Assembly: GCA_964574535.1 (NCBI GenBank) | Contig: CAZNOB010000002.1 | Coordinates: forward strand, 28,109-92,108 | Length of the DNA: 64,000 nt | Source of the DNA: an uncultured Granulosicoccaceae bacterium | GTDB lineage: Bacteria; Pseudomonadota; Gammaproteobacteria; Granulosicoccales; Granulosicoccaceae | Direction of reading: 5' to 3' | In this document: positions 19,763 through 29,575 of the stretch, in pieces | How the letters are laid out: every line of letters starts with the position of its first letter | Numbering within the stretch: position 1 is the stretch's first letter | Program-made: the position numbers and the translations under genes | Notes under the pieces: model-generated | What the model was told of the DNA's origin: nothing | What the model saw: only the letters and a program-made list of their open reading frames with translations | The model's database searches: none

Positions 19763-19800
19763 AAAAAAGGCCGGATCACTGAGTGATCCGGCCTTTTTTG
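19763..19800. terminator. bidirectional Rho-independent terminator between the zf gene and tolC
   Basis: AAAAAA + GGCCGGATCAC / GTGATCCGGCC (19769-19779 / 19783-19793) + TTTTTT. It is a perfect 11-bp stem flanked by an A-run and a T-run, placed between convergent genes. Confidence 0.85.
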
Positions 19801-19852
19801 CGTTTGTGAAGGGTAAGCTTACAGGCAACCCGTTTTGAAATTCGTAACCGCG

Positions 19853-21160
19853 TTATTGTGGTGCCAATGATCGATTGATCGCGGTGATGTGCTTTTCTGC
19901 CAGAATGCCTGCAGCCAGTCTGAGTTGCAGACTCTGCACAACGTATTGATGCCTTGCTGCTGCATGGTCAGCTCTTGCGTTAAACGTTTCCTGTAGAGAG
20001 ACTAATACTTCCACTGCTGTTCTGGTGCCGGCATCGAAACCTGCCTGTGTGGCTTCTTTTGCAACCTCTGTGGATGATAATGCCTGGCTCAGTGCATTGG
20101 CTTGACTGACGTCGGCGATCACACTCAGATAAGCATCCCGGGTTTCCTGCTCAACGGCGCGTCGAACTGTTTCCCGATTGAATGCCGCTTGTCTTGCGCG
20201 CGCCCTGGCCTGTCGCAGGGAAGCGCTTACGCGGCCACCAGTATACAAGGGATAGTTAAGCTGCAGCCTGAGCTGACCGGACTCAACATCGCGCCCGGTG
20301 ACGGATTCAGTAGTGGAGTTGGTATAAGCGCCATTGAGTGCCACGATGGGTTTTCGTCCGGCGTGTTCGATTTTAATATCCTTTTCCGCCAGCGCCTGTT
20401 CGAAATCGGCAATTCTTAAGCGAGGGCTGTTTTGCTCAGCTATGGCGATCCATTCCTGTATTGAAGTCGGGTTTGGATGGGTCAGTTCTGCGTCGGCTTT
20501 CAATTCGCTCAATTCTGGAACATCTTGATTGATAATCACTCGCAGGGCATCTTTGGCTAATGCCAGCTGATTTTCGGCAACAACTTCCCGGGCCACTGCC
20601 AGGTCGAGTTGTGCCTGTGCTTCTTTGACATCAGTCACCGCAGTCAGGCCAACTTCGAAGCGGCGCTCTGCCTGTTCGGTTTGCCGTGCAATTGCTTCGC
20701 GTGATGAACTTGCGGCTCGAAAGGCCTCTTGTGCGGTAAGAATATTAAAATAGGCCTGGGCGGTACGAAACATCAGATTTTGCTGAGCTTCAAGCAGCGT
20801 TGCTTCGGCCTGTGACACCGTCAGCTTCGCTTTCTTGGCCGTCTGCCATGCAGCAGAGTTGTAGAGATTCTGCGTAATTGAAGCACCGTAGGAATCACTG
20901 TCGAAAATGCCGGTGCCGTCATTATTTGTCTCATTGATAGCTGCATCTGCAATAAGCGCTACACTAGGACGTAATGCGGATCGTGCCAGCGGCAGGGCTT
21001 CAATTGCTGCATCGAATTGCGCTTGTGTTGCCTGAATCACCGAGTCGCTTGCCACTGCTATTTGGTAGATCTCTGACAAATCGGCAGCATTGGATGCAGA
21101 TGTTGTCAGCAATGGCACAGTCAGGGTCAATGTGAGGGTTAGCGTCTCGCGCAGTTTCAT
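19853..21160 (-). CDS. tolC: TolC-family outer membrane efflux protein
   Basis: 435 aa with a signal peptide (LLTTSASNAADL). It has the duplicated coiled-coil/beta-barrel repeat architecture typical of TolC (LSEIYQIA..., repeated Q/A-rich helices). Confidence 0.85.
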   Translation of the reverse strand: MKLRETLTLTLTLTVPLLTTSASNAADLSEIYQIAVASDSVIQATQAQFDAAIEALPLARSALRPSVALIADAAINETNNDGTGIFDSDSYGASITQNLYNSAAWQTAKKAKLTVSQAEATLLEAQQNLMFRTAQAYFNILTAQEAFRAASSSREAIARQTEQAERRFEVGLTAVTDVKEAQAQLDLAVAREVVAENQLALAKDALRVIINQDVPELSELKADAELTHPNPTSIQEWIAIAEQNSPRLRIADFEQALAEKDIKIEHAGRKPIVALNGAYTNSTTESVTGRDVESGQLRLQLNYPLYTGGRVSASLRQARARARQAAFNRETVRRAVEQETRDAYLSVIADVSQANALSQALSSTEVAKEATQAGFDAGTRTAVEVLVSLQETFNARADHAAARHQYVVQSLQLRLAAGILAEKHITAINRSLAPQ

Positions 21161-21442
21161 AGGGGTAGATTCTCTATACCGACGTTGGATCTCACCATGC
21201 CGAGAGTTTTTATAGCTCGTGGCAGAGGTCGTTTAATTATTTAATATAAAGAATGTAGAACGTATTTGGAGTTTTTGGGATGACTATTTGGTGTGGTAGC
21301 AACCGTTTTGTATTGTTGTGGACTGTTACCGCGGGCTAACTGGCCGGCGGGGCAGGCGAATTTGGAGCCTGACTCTATTCTTAACAATTGTTCTGCGCGA
21401 CGCGGGCCTGCGCTGACGATCAGGCCTGCTGAAATTGGCGGA

Positions 21443-22111
21443 TCAGAATACGAAAGTGTCGTCGTTATTCGCTACTGCTGATTTTATTAACGCTGGAATA
21501 TGTGTGTCGAAAATACTCTGTTCCAGCCAGTCCGCTTCGCCTATTCGTCGAATAACAAAAGTTTCCATGATGGGTGCTGATTCGCTACCGATGGTGACAA
21601 TCAATCTACCCATGTTTGTGAGACGGGTTTTTAACCGGTCGGGTACATGTTCAAGCGATCCGTTGACGATGATCGCATCGTAGGTGGTTTTATCAGGAAG
21701 ATCACCGATGAGATCGCCGGTAATGAATTTGATATTATCGATGCCGCAATTGCCGGCGCTCTCCTGAGCCGTTGAGTTCATTTCTTCAGAAGTATCGATA
21801 GATTCTACGTGCTTGCACATCTTCGCGGCGCAGGCGGCTATATAACCGCTGCCACTACCGATGATCAGAGCGCGATCATCGTTCTCCAGAACTGCCGCCT
21901 GCAGCAGTCGTGCTTCTATATTGGGATTCAGAGATACGCGGTTGTTGTTCAGTGGGATTCTGGTATCCGAATACGCCAATCCGTCATGTTCTGAAGGCAG
22001 GAAGTGCTCACGCGGTACGGCTGCCAGTGCGTCCAGTACACGTTGATCCAGCACATCCCAGGGGCGGATTTGCTGTTCTATCATATTGGTTCTGGCTTGT
22101 TCGAAATTCAC
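21443..22111 (-). CDS. protein-L-isoaspartate O-methyltransferase family protein
   Basis: 222 aa. N-terminal MIEQQIRPWDV...VPREHFLP, then SAM motif ALIIGSGSGYIAA. The family call is from motif resemblance to Pcm. Confidence 0.7.
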   Translation of the reverse strand: MNFEQARTNMIEQQIRPWDVLDQRVLDALAAVPREHFLPSEHDGLAYSDTRIPLNNNRVSLNPNIEARLLQAAVLENDDRALIIGSGSGYIAACAAKMCKHVESIDTSEEMNSTAQESAGNCGIDNIKFITGDLIGDLPDKTTYDAIIVNGSLEHVPDRLKTRLTNMGRLIVTIGSESAPIMETFVIRRIGEADWLEQSIFDTHIPALIKSAVANNDDTFVF

Positions 22112-22484
22112 TCGAATCGCTCCGAAACTGTTTCTGACTATGGTCAGATAGTGTCAATGTTTATGGTTTAAATGATAACGTGATTAGCAGCAAATCTGAT
22201 TATTCAATGCTGCTAATTTCGTGCCCTGTCCGGAGCAACGTTAATGTAATTCACTGGTCAATTGGCTGGCGCATGGGTAATGGCGGCTCCTGGTGGTTGT
22301 CCGAGAGCCGGAATCAACTCCGGGCGCGGCACCATGCCCGCTATTTTGATTGATCGTGTCAGAGGGAAGAGCACCTAATCGACTGGATTGACAATAAATC
22401 CGGCTGAAAATTTCATGCCCTCGTGATGATCGTGAGTCCAGTATAACCGAGCTGGTGATTATAGCGTAGCCTGGCAGACGGACT

Positions 22485-23792
22485 TTAGTCGCTTTTGGCG
22501 TTTACCGGCTTACGATTTCCAGAGCGGCGATTGGAGGGCTTGCCAGAACGTCTGTTATTGCTGCGGCCGCCGCCTTTTTTGGGTGGTTTGTTGCGCGCAA
22601 TTTTAGCCGGTGGGGCAGGCACAGGAAGTAAGTCATCGGTCACCTGACTTGCAGGAATCTCCTGGCCAAGTAGCTCTTCGATTTCAGGTAGTGAGAAAAC
22701 AAATTCTTCACAGGCAAAAGAAATTGCCTCACCGGAGGCACCCGCGCGAGCGGTTCGACCTATGCGGTGAACATAGTCTTCTGCGTTCTGTGGCAAGTCG
22801 AAGTTGAACACATGAGTTACCCCGTCAATGTGCAGTCCCCGAGCTGCCACATCGGTGGCGATCAGGGTATTCAACGTGCCACCAGCCAGATCTTTTATGA
22901 GTCGCTGACGTTTGTTCTGGCGAACATCGCCGGACAAGACTTCAGCGTTGACATCATTGCCCAGAAGGCTTGCGTGAACTCTTTCGGCAACTCGTTTTGT
23001 ATTGACGAAAACAATACTCCGCTGGGGCTGTAGCTTTTGCATTAGTCCAATTAATAGCGGGATTTTTTCATCGGATGCCGGGTGATAAACGCTTTGCGTT
23101 ACTTTCTCTGCCGCGATCTGATCTGATTTGGTTTTCAAATCAATCGGGTTATTCATGTGTTCGTAGGCAAGTTCCATTACCCGATGCGACAGCGTTGCCG
23201 AGAACAACAGGTTCAGTCGATTTTCAGGTGGTGGCATACGACGCAGTAAAAACCTTATATCAGTGATAAAACCCAAGTCAAACATGCGATCCGCCTCATC
23301 CAGGACCACAACTTGTGATCTTTTTAAGGAGAACACTCGCTGCTTTAAATAATCGATGATACGACCGGGCGTTCCGATAAGAATATCGGCACCTGCCTGA
23401 ATAGTGCGGCGTTGTTTTTCATAATCTGTGCCGCCGTAGGCCAGCGCAATTTTGAAATCAGTGTTCGCGCCCAGTTGTTCGGCATCCTTGTGGATTTGTA
23501 TCGCTAGTTCTCTGGTTGGAGCCAGTATAAGGGCTCGCAACTCGGTTGGAGCGCGATCTTCCGGGTCGGGGTTATTCAGCAGATATTGATACATGCCCAG
23601 CAGGAACGCAGCCGTTTTTCCGGTGCCGGTTTGGGATTGTGCCGCGATATCTTTACCTTCCAGCATGAGTGGCAGTGCCAATTGCTGAATTTCGGTACAT
23701 TGGGTGAAACCTGCGGTTTGCAGGGCAGTGCTCAAAATCGGATTTAGGTCGAATTCTGAGAAACTGACGGACGTCAGATAGTTAGATTTCAT
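22485..23792 (-). CDS. rhlB: ATP-dependent RNA helicase RhlB
   Basis: 435 aa, DEAD-box. Motifs are AQSQTGTGKT, PTRELA, VLDEADRM, SAT and HRIGRTARAG, with an Arg/Lys-rich tail. It is divergent from trxA-rho as in E. coli. Confidence 0.88.
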   Translation of the reverse strand: MKSNYLTSVSFSEFDLNPILSTALQTAGFTQCTEIQQLALPLMLEGKDIAAQSQTGTGKTAAFLLGMYQYLLNNPDPEDRAPTELRALILAPTRELAIQIHKDAEQLGANTDFKIALAYGGTDYEKQRRTIQAGADILIGTPGRIIDYLKQRVFSLKRSQVVVLDEADRMFDLGFITDIRFLLRRMPPPENRLNLLFSATLSHRVMELAYEHMNNPIDLKTKSDQIAAEKVTQSVYHPASDEKIPLLIGLMQKLQPQRSIVFVNTKRVAERVHASLLGNDVNAEVLSGDVRQNKRQRLIKDLAGGTLNTLIATDVAARGLHIDGVTHVFNFDLPQNAEDYVHRIGRTARAGASGEAISFACEEFVFSLPEIEELLGQEIPASQVTDDLLPVPAPPAKIARNKPPKKGGGRSNNRRSGKPSNRRSGNRKPVNAKSD

Positions 23793-24109
23793 GGCAAGAG
23801 GATAGCTTATTTCGCGAAACCACGTTGAGGCAGCTAATTTACAGGTTTTTCAGGCAGTAACAGCAAACACCGAAAACCTGTCTTTTTTCAGTTAGCCAAT
23901 TGAATTGTGATTTAAGTCAATGGCTTAGTTGTATTTTTCCGAGTTTGGCGTTATCGGTGTGTTGTACGCCAAAAGATCGAATGGATAGCAGGTTCTGCAC
24001 GGAGGGTGAACGTCTCATGTTCCCTTGTGTCACAACAGCAGTCTTGAAATAGTCCTTTATTACAACAATAATTTTGCGATAATAGTGGTTTACCTGAGGA
24101 GAAGAACCA

Positions 24110-24436
24110 GTGCACGAGAATATAGTAGAAGTGAATGACGCGAACTTTGATGCCGAAGTGCTGCAAGCAGAAGTGCCTGTGCTCGTGGACTATTGGGCAG
24201 AGTGGTGCGGACCCTGCAAAATGATTGCTCCGATTCTCGACGAAATCGCCGAGGAGTACGGAGATAAGGTCAAGATCGCCAAGCTGAATATCGACGATAA
24301 TCAAGCCACCCCGCCCAAGTACGGAATTCGGGGCATTCCCACGCTGATGTTGTTCAAAAATGGTTCGGTCGAAGGGACTAAGGTTGGCGCACTATCTAAA
24401 ACACAGCTGTCGGCTTTTATCGACTCAAACGCCTGA
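24110..24436 (+). CDS. trxA: thioredoxin
   Basis: 108 aa with active site WAEWCGPCK and the conserved GIRGIPTL. Confidence 0.97.
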   Translation: MHENIVEVNDANFDAEVLQAEVPVLVDYWAEWCGPCKMIAPILDEIAEEYGDKVKIAKLNIDDNQATPPKYGIRGIPTLMLFKNGSVEGTKVGALSKTQLSAFIDSNA

Positions 24437-24768
24437 TTAAACTGGCTGGACTGTGGTGTCAGCAAGATCTGGCACCACAAAACCTGAAATATCTACTATA
24501 CTTATCAGTTATTAGCTGCAAGCGCGGTGTACACCGGCAGCAATCCCTTTTTATCAATATGCCACGCTAGACGTGCGCTATTGCGCGTGATATGTTTCGC
24601 GAATCCTGCTATTAACTTGCGCTTGTGCCACTCAGGCATCGCACGACTTTTCACTTAAATAGATTACACGTTAATCTAGAAATTCTTTATCAACCAGCCA
24701 TTCGAATAAACGAATGCAGGGTGTGTTTTCGCACGCCTTCCCAATAGCAAATCTTGCATTGTCCCAAT
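24437..24768 (+). promoter_or_regulatory. long rho 5' leader and promoter region
   Basis: A 330-nt non-coding gap lies between trxA and rho. A stem TGTGGTGTCAG/CTGGCACCACA sits directly after the trxA stop. E. coli rho is known to have a long leader subject to Rho-dependent autoregulation. I did not map any element here. Confidence 0.35.
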
Positions 24769-26025
24769 ATGAATTTAACCGATCTTAAAAAGAAATCCGC
24801 AACCGAACTCGTTGAGTTAGCTCAGTCAGAAGGGCTCGACAGTGTTGCGCGATCACGCAAGCAGGATATTATTTTCTCGCTGCTAAAGGCGCACTCCAGA
24901 AAAGGCGAAGATATTTTTGGCGGTGGTGTACTGGAAATATTGCAGGATGGCTTTGGCTTTTTACGATCAGCTGACAGCTCATACCTTGCCGGGCCTGACG
25001 ATATTTATGTTTCGCCAAGCCAGATCAGACGTTTTAGTCTGCGCACCGGGGATTCTATCTCGGGCAAGATACGCCCGCCTAAAGATGGTGAGCGGTACTT
25101 CGCGCTACTGAAAGTTGATGAAATAAATTTTGGACCACCGGAAGAAGCACGTAATAAAGTTCTTTTTGAGAACCTGACACCACTGCATGCTACCGATAGA
25201 CTGACGCTTGAACTGGGCAATGGCAGTACCGAAGATATCACTGCGCGAACCATCGATTTTGTGGCACCTATTGGCAAAGGGCAGCGCGCGTTAATTGTGT
25301 CACCGCCGAAAGCCGGTAAAACCATGATTCTGCAAAACATCGCGCAGAGCATCGCCCACAATGATCCGGACTGCGTACTGATTGTTCTGCTAATCGATGA
25401 AAGACCGGAAGAAGTCACAGAGATGGAGCGAATGGTTCAGGGGGAAGTGGTCTCAAGCACCTTTGATGAACCTGCCAGCCGTCATGTGCAGGTCGCCGAG
25501 ATGGTGATTGAAAAAGCCAAGCGCCTGGTTGAACACAAAAAAGATGTAGTTATTCTGCTTGATTCAATAACGCGTCTTGCTCGTGCTTATAACACAGTGA
25601 TTCCTTCTTCAGGTAAAGTGTTGACGGGTGGTGTTGATGCCCATGCCTTGCATCGGCCAAAAAGATTTTTCGGTGCGGCAAGAAATATAGAAGAAGGTGG
25701 CAGCCTGACAATAGTAGCGACTACCCTGGTTGATACCGGTTCAAAAATGGACGAGGTTATTTACGAGGAATTCAAGGGCACAGGTAATATGGAGCTTCAT
25801 CTGGACCGACGTATTGCCGAAAAACGCACCTTCCCTGCAATCAGTGTTAATCGATCTGGTACACGCCGTGAGGAATTAATGATCAGCCCGGAAGAGCTGC
25901 AGAAAATCTGGATACTGCGTAAATTCCTGCATCCGATGGATGAAATCGAAGCGATGGAATTTTTAATGGGACGGCTGCAGCAAACTAAAACCAACGATGA
26001 GTTCTTTGATGCAATGAAGCGTTAG
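24769..26025 (+). CDS. rho: transcription termination factor Rho
   Basis: [10 protein letters not shown]...ELA (N-terminal Rho helix bundle), an RNA-binding OB region, Walker A PPKAGKT, and LIDERPEEV. The ATG at 24769 gives about 418 aa. The ORF extension from 24754 is unlikely. Confidence 0.97.
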   Translation: MNLTDLKKKSATELVELAQSEGLDSVARSRKQDIIFSLLKAHSRKGEDIFGGGVLEILQDGFGFLRSADSSYLAGPDDIYVSPSQIRRFSLRTGDSISGKIRPPKDGERYFALLKVDEINFGPPEEARNKVLFENLTPLHATDRLTLELGNGSTEDITARTIDFVAPIGKGQRALIVSPPKAGKTMILQNIAQSIAHNDPDCVLIVLLIDERPEEVTEMERMVQGEVVSSTFDEPASRHVQVAEMVIEKAKRLVEHKKDVVILLDSITRLARAYNTVIPSSGKVLTGGVDAHALHRPKRFFGAARNIEEGGSLTIVATTLVDTGSKMDEVIYEEFKGTGNMELHLDRRIAEKRTFPAISVNRSGTRREELMISPEELQKIWILRKFLHPMDEIEAMEFLMGRLQQTKTNDEFFDAMKR

Positions 26026-26110
26026 TTGCTAATAGTTCTTTATGATTCAACTTTCGGAGTCAAAAGCTCACTCCAGCCTTCCCCAGATTTAAAAAGCAGA
26101 CTCGAATTAA

Positions 26111-27382
26111 CTAACGCAGTGCGCGGTGACCAATATCGCGTCGATAGAATGCACCTTCCCAGCTGATTTTTTCAACCGCTTCATATGCATTTTTACGTGC
26201 TTCTACAATGTCGCGGCCGAGTGCCGTCACACATAATACCCGACCCCCACTGGTGACCAGATTGCCATCGACGATCGCGCTGCCGGCGTGAAAAATCTCG
26301 ACCTCTGTAGCGGTGTTTTCGATTCCGGTAATTTTGGCTCCTGACTGGTAGCTTTCCGGATACCCGCCGGCTGCCATTACCACGCCAATTGCAGTCTGAT
26401 CAGACCATTGGACTGATTGTTGGTCCAGAGTGCCATCGACAGCCGCGTTACATAATGCGATCAGGTCAGAATCAAGCCGCATAAGAATAGGTTGTGTTTC
26501 AGGATCACCAAATCGAACGTTGTATTCAATCACCCTGGCTTTACGCGTTGAATCTATCATCAGGCCCGCATATAAAAAACCGGTAAAGCGATTGCCGTCC
26601 TGCTGCATACCGCGAACAGTGGGTTCGATGATGTCATTTATTATATGTTGCTGTAATTTTTCATCGATACTTGCAGCAGGTGAATAGGCACCCATCCCAC
26701 CAGTGTTGGGGCCCTGATCGCCCTCGTCTCTGGCTTTATGATCCTGCGAGGTTGCCAGGGGTAATATGTTGTCACCGTCAACAATGCAAATAAAACTCAG
26801 TTCATGCCCTTCCAGAAATTCTTCGATGACAACTTTGCTTCCAGCGCTGCCAAATTTGTTGGCGGCCAGCATGTCTTCAACTGCTGCAATTGCCTGATCT
26901 TCATTGAATGCGATGATCACACCTTTGCCCGCTGCTAAACCGTCTGCCTTTATTGCCAGAGGTGTACCCTGTCTTTTTATATAGTTGCGAGCTTCTTCAA
27001 CATCGGTAAAGACCTGGTAGTCCGCCGTGGGAATTTTATATTTTTCAAGGAAGGCCTTGCAGAAAGACTTACTTCCTTCCAGTTGTGCGGCGTTTTTACC
27101 GGGACCGAATATTCGTTGACCGGCTGCCTGAAACTGGTCAACAATTCCCGCCACCAGCGGCACTTCGGGTCCGACGATGGTGAGATAGATATTATTTTGC
27201 TGCGCAAAATCCAGTAGTCTGTCAATGTCGGTTGCTGCTATATCGATATTGGTTATGCCGCTGCTAAGTTCAGTGCCTGCGTTCCCGGGGGCAACAAAGA
27301 CAGCGCTGACATCGTTGCATTGTTGCGCTTTCCAGGCTAATGCATGTTCGCGACCGCCATTGCCGACAATCAAAATATTCAC
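26111..27382 (-). CDS. purD: phosphoribosylamine-glycine ligase
   Basis: A GTG at 27382 gives (M)NILIVGNGGREHALAWK, the canonical PurD N-terminus. An ATP-grasp core follows. About 423 aa. The 27 upstream codons of the ORF are probably not translated. Confidence 0.93.
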   Translation of the reverse strand: MNILIVGNGGREHALAWKAQQCNDVSAVFVAPGNAGTELSSGITNIDIAATDIDRLLDFAQQNNIYLTIVGPEVPLVAGIVDQFQAAGQRIFGPGKNAAQLEGSKSFCKAFLEKYKIPTADYQVFTDVEEARNYIKRQGTPLAIKADGLAAGKGVIIAFNEDQAIAAVEDMLAANKFGSAGSKVVIEEFLEGHELSFICIVDGDNILPLATSQDHKARDEGDQGPNTGGMGAYSPAASIDEKLQQHIINDIIEPTVRGMQQDGNRFTGFLYAGLMIDSTRKARVIEYNVRFGDPETQPILMRLDSDLIALCNAAVDGTLDQQSVQWSDQTAIGVVMAAGGYPESYQSGAKITGIENTATEVEIFHAGSAIVDGNLVTSGGRVLCVTALGRDIVEARKNAYEAVEKISWEGAFYRRDIGHRALR

Positions 27383-27576
27383 TAAAGTGTTTCCTTGGTA
27401 TTCACGAAAATTCCGAAAGTGATTTTCGGGCGGGTGGTAGGTGGGGGTTCGCAGTGAATGCACTACTCAGGTTCAGTAATGATACCGTTTACCGGTGATG
27501 CAATAAACCTGCACTAAGACTTCCGCACTGCGTAGCGTATAATTTTCTGCACAGGACGGCGACTGGCGAGAATCGA

Positions 27577-28470
27577 TTGGCAACTGCAATTCCGTTTAAT
27601 GAGAAACCTGACTTTACACCCGGTACTCCGGATCGGTTATCACCTCTGGTCCGTCGAGTTATCGCCAGGAATCCAGGGCCTTTTACCTACACCGGTACCG
27701 GTACCTATATTGTCGGCAATGGCGAGGTTGCGATCATTGATCCCGGCCCCGCAGACAATACCCACATCAATGCCTTGCTGCAGGCAATCGAAGGAGAACA
27801 AGTCAGCCATATTCTGGTAACACACACCCATGTGGATCACTCGCCGGGCTGTGCCTTATTACAGCAATCATGTGGAGCGAAAACTTATGGTTTTGGGCGG
27901 CATGGTCTCGGGAGACCAGAGCGGCTTGATGAATTTGGCGCAGACTATAACTTCACACCGGATGTATTACTGGCTAGTGATGAGACAGTGAACGCTAGTG
28001 GCTGGACACTACAGGCTCTGCACACGCCCGGGCATGCCGCGAATCATTTGAGTTTCTACCTGTCGCAGGAAAACGCGTTGTTTTGTGGGGATGCAGTGAT
28101 GGGGTGGTCTACAACAGTAATAGCGCCACCCGATGGCAGTATGAGGGAGTATATGGCAACTCTCGAATTACTGATGCAACGTCAGGATGAGATTTACTAT
28201 CCCACTCATGGGTCACCCGTAGTCAACCCGCAGGCGTATTTGGCGGCTTTGTATCAGCACCGGGTTGACAGGGAGCAACAAGTGCTCAAATATGTTGAAC
28301 GGGGTGTTAATACGATTGACAGGATGGTGCCCGAAATTTACACGGAACTAGACCCGGTGTTGTATCCTGCGGCAGCAATGAGTCTGTTTGCGACTGTTGA
28401 ATGTTTAGCGCAACAGGGTCGGCTGACGAGTATTTCCATCACTCGGGAAGCAGAGTACTTTCTGAGCTGA
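27577..28470 (+). CDS. MBL-fold metallo-hydrolase
   Basis: 297 aa with HILVTHTHVDHSPG (HxHxDH motif) and a downstream HTPGHA. Confidence 0.85.
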   Translation: MATAIPFNEKPDFTPGTPDRLSPLVRRVIARNPGPFTYTGTGTYIVGNGEVAIIDPGPADNTHINALLQAIEGEQVSHILVTHTHVDHSPGCALLQQSCGAKTYGFGRHGLGRPERLDEFGADYNFTPDVLLASDETVNASGWTLQALHTPGHAANHLSFYLSQENALFCGDAVMGWSTTVIAPPDGSMREYMATLELLMQRQDEIYYPTHGSPVVNPQAYLAALYQHRVDREQQVLKYVERGVNTIDRMVPEIYTELDPVLYPAAAMSLFATVECLAQQGRLTSISITREAEYFLS

Positions 28471-28620
28471 TTTTGTATTAATTTATTGACACTGTGTAAC
28501 GACAATTTGATCCCGATAACCCGTATATTTTAATTGGGCGCTGTAAAGCCCGACCAGTCAACTGCAAAACAGGTCCTCTAGCCACACTTCGCTGGTGAGG
28601 CGTTAAGGGATCAAGGAAAA

Positions 28621-28764
28621 ATGATGCGTCTACCCAAGTCATTGGTGTATGCCGGCTTAGTCGTGGCCTATGTTATCGGAAAGTTTCTTATCTGGAATGA
28701 TCGCCGCGTGGAAAAATCGTCGAAACCCGTTGAAAAGCCCCTTGGCGGTGAGAAGCTCGCGTAG
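28621..28764 (+). CDS. possible small single-pass membrane protein
   Basis: 47-codon ORF, too short for the ORF track. Sequence is MMRLPKSLVYAGLVVAYVIGKFLIWNDRRVEKSSKPVEKPLGGEKLA. An AAGGA lies about 6 nt upstream. There is one hydrophobic helix followed by a charged tail. No family recognised. Confidence 0.3.
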   Translation: MMRLPKSLVYAGLVVAYVIGKFLIWNDRRVEKSSKPVEKPLGGEKLA

Positions 28765-28906
28765 CACATTGAGGCGGGCTCATACACACAAGCAGCCCTT
28801 TGCCACGCAGGTCCTGGCAGCTTTTAACTGATGCTCGCTGTGTGTTTCAGCGTAGCGCGCGATTGCGCTAAACGTACCTGATCTTCCTGGAAGGCATTTA
28901 CCGGTT

Positions 28907-29485
28907 GTGGATATCAGTTCGGAGGATTGGCTGTCACTAATCAGAGATGCAAATCCACTGGTGTTTATGATTCCCGTCATATGGCTGGTGTTCCTGTTGT
29001 CGTTGATTGTGCCGCTAAAAAGATTCGGTCTCGTGCCTAGAACCGGTTCCGGCCTGGCAGGGGTGGTGGGCATGCCGTTTCTGCACGAAGATTTTAAGCA
29101 CCTGATGTCTAACACTGTGCCCCTGGGTCTGCTGCTGCTTTTGCTCTACAAAACGGCTGCGGGCGCACTGACTGTGGTTTTGTGTATTCAGCTGCTGGGT
29201 GGGTTGACACTGTGGCTGTTTGGTCGGCGTGCAATCCATATCGGTGCCAGTCTGCTGGTATTTGGCTTAACCGGCTTTCATATATCCAACGGCCTGTTGC
29301 ACAGCACAATGTGGTCTGTAGGTATCGCCCTGGTGGTCGCCGCGCTGTATGGTTCTACCTTTCTCACCAGCATTAATCCATGGCGAAAAGGCTCTTCATG
29401 GGACGGCCACTTGTTTGGTTTTTTAAGTGGTGTGGCGGTTGCGGTACTATTTTCCCGAAACGAAATTTTAAAGTCATTTTGGTGA
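28907..29485 (+). CDS. rhomboid-family intramembrane serine protease
   Basis: 192 aa, polytopic. HIGASLLVFGL is a GxSx catalytic Ser context and GHLFGFLSGVAVA a catalytic His context. Confidence 0.7.
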   Translation: MDISSEDWLSLIRDANPLVFMIPVIWLVFLLSLIVPLKRFGLVPRTGSGLAGVVGMPFLHEDFKHLMSNTVPLGLLLLLLYKTAAGALTVVLCIQLLGGLTLWLFGRRAIHIGASLLVFGLTGFHISNGLLHSTMWSVGIALVVAALYGSTFLTSINPWRKGSSWDGHLFGFLSGVAVAVLFSRNEILKSFW

Positions 29486-29575
29486 ACCAAGTGATTGGCT
29501 GTGCCACTAACCTGGAATGTTATTTCTCCCTTTGAACTTTTTACACTATGTGTTTTTACCAGTGGAATCCCTTTT

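Noticed and set aside
23951-24304. 117-aa minus-strand ORF overlapping the trxA 5' end
   Set aside because: It is antisense to the unmistakable thioredoxin gene and shows no motif. It is a typical shadow ORF.
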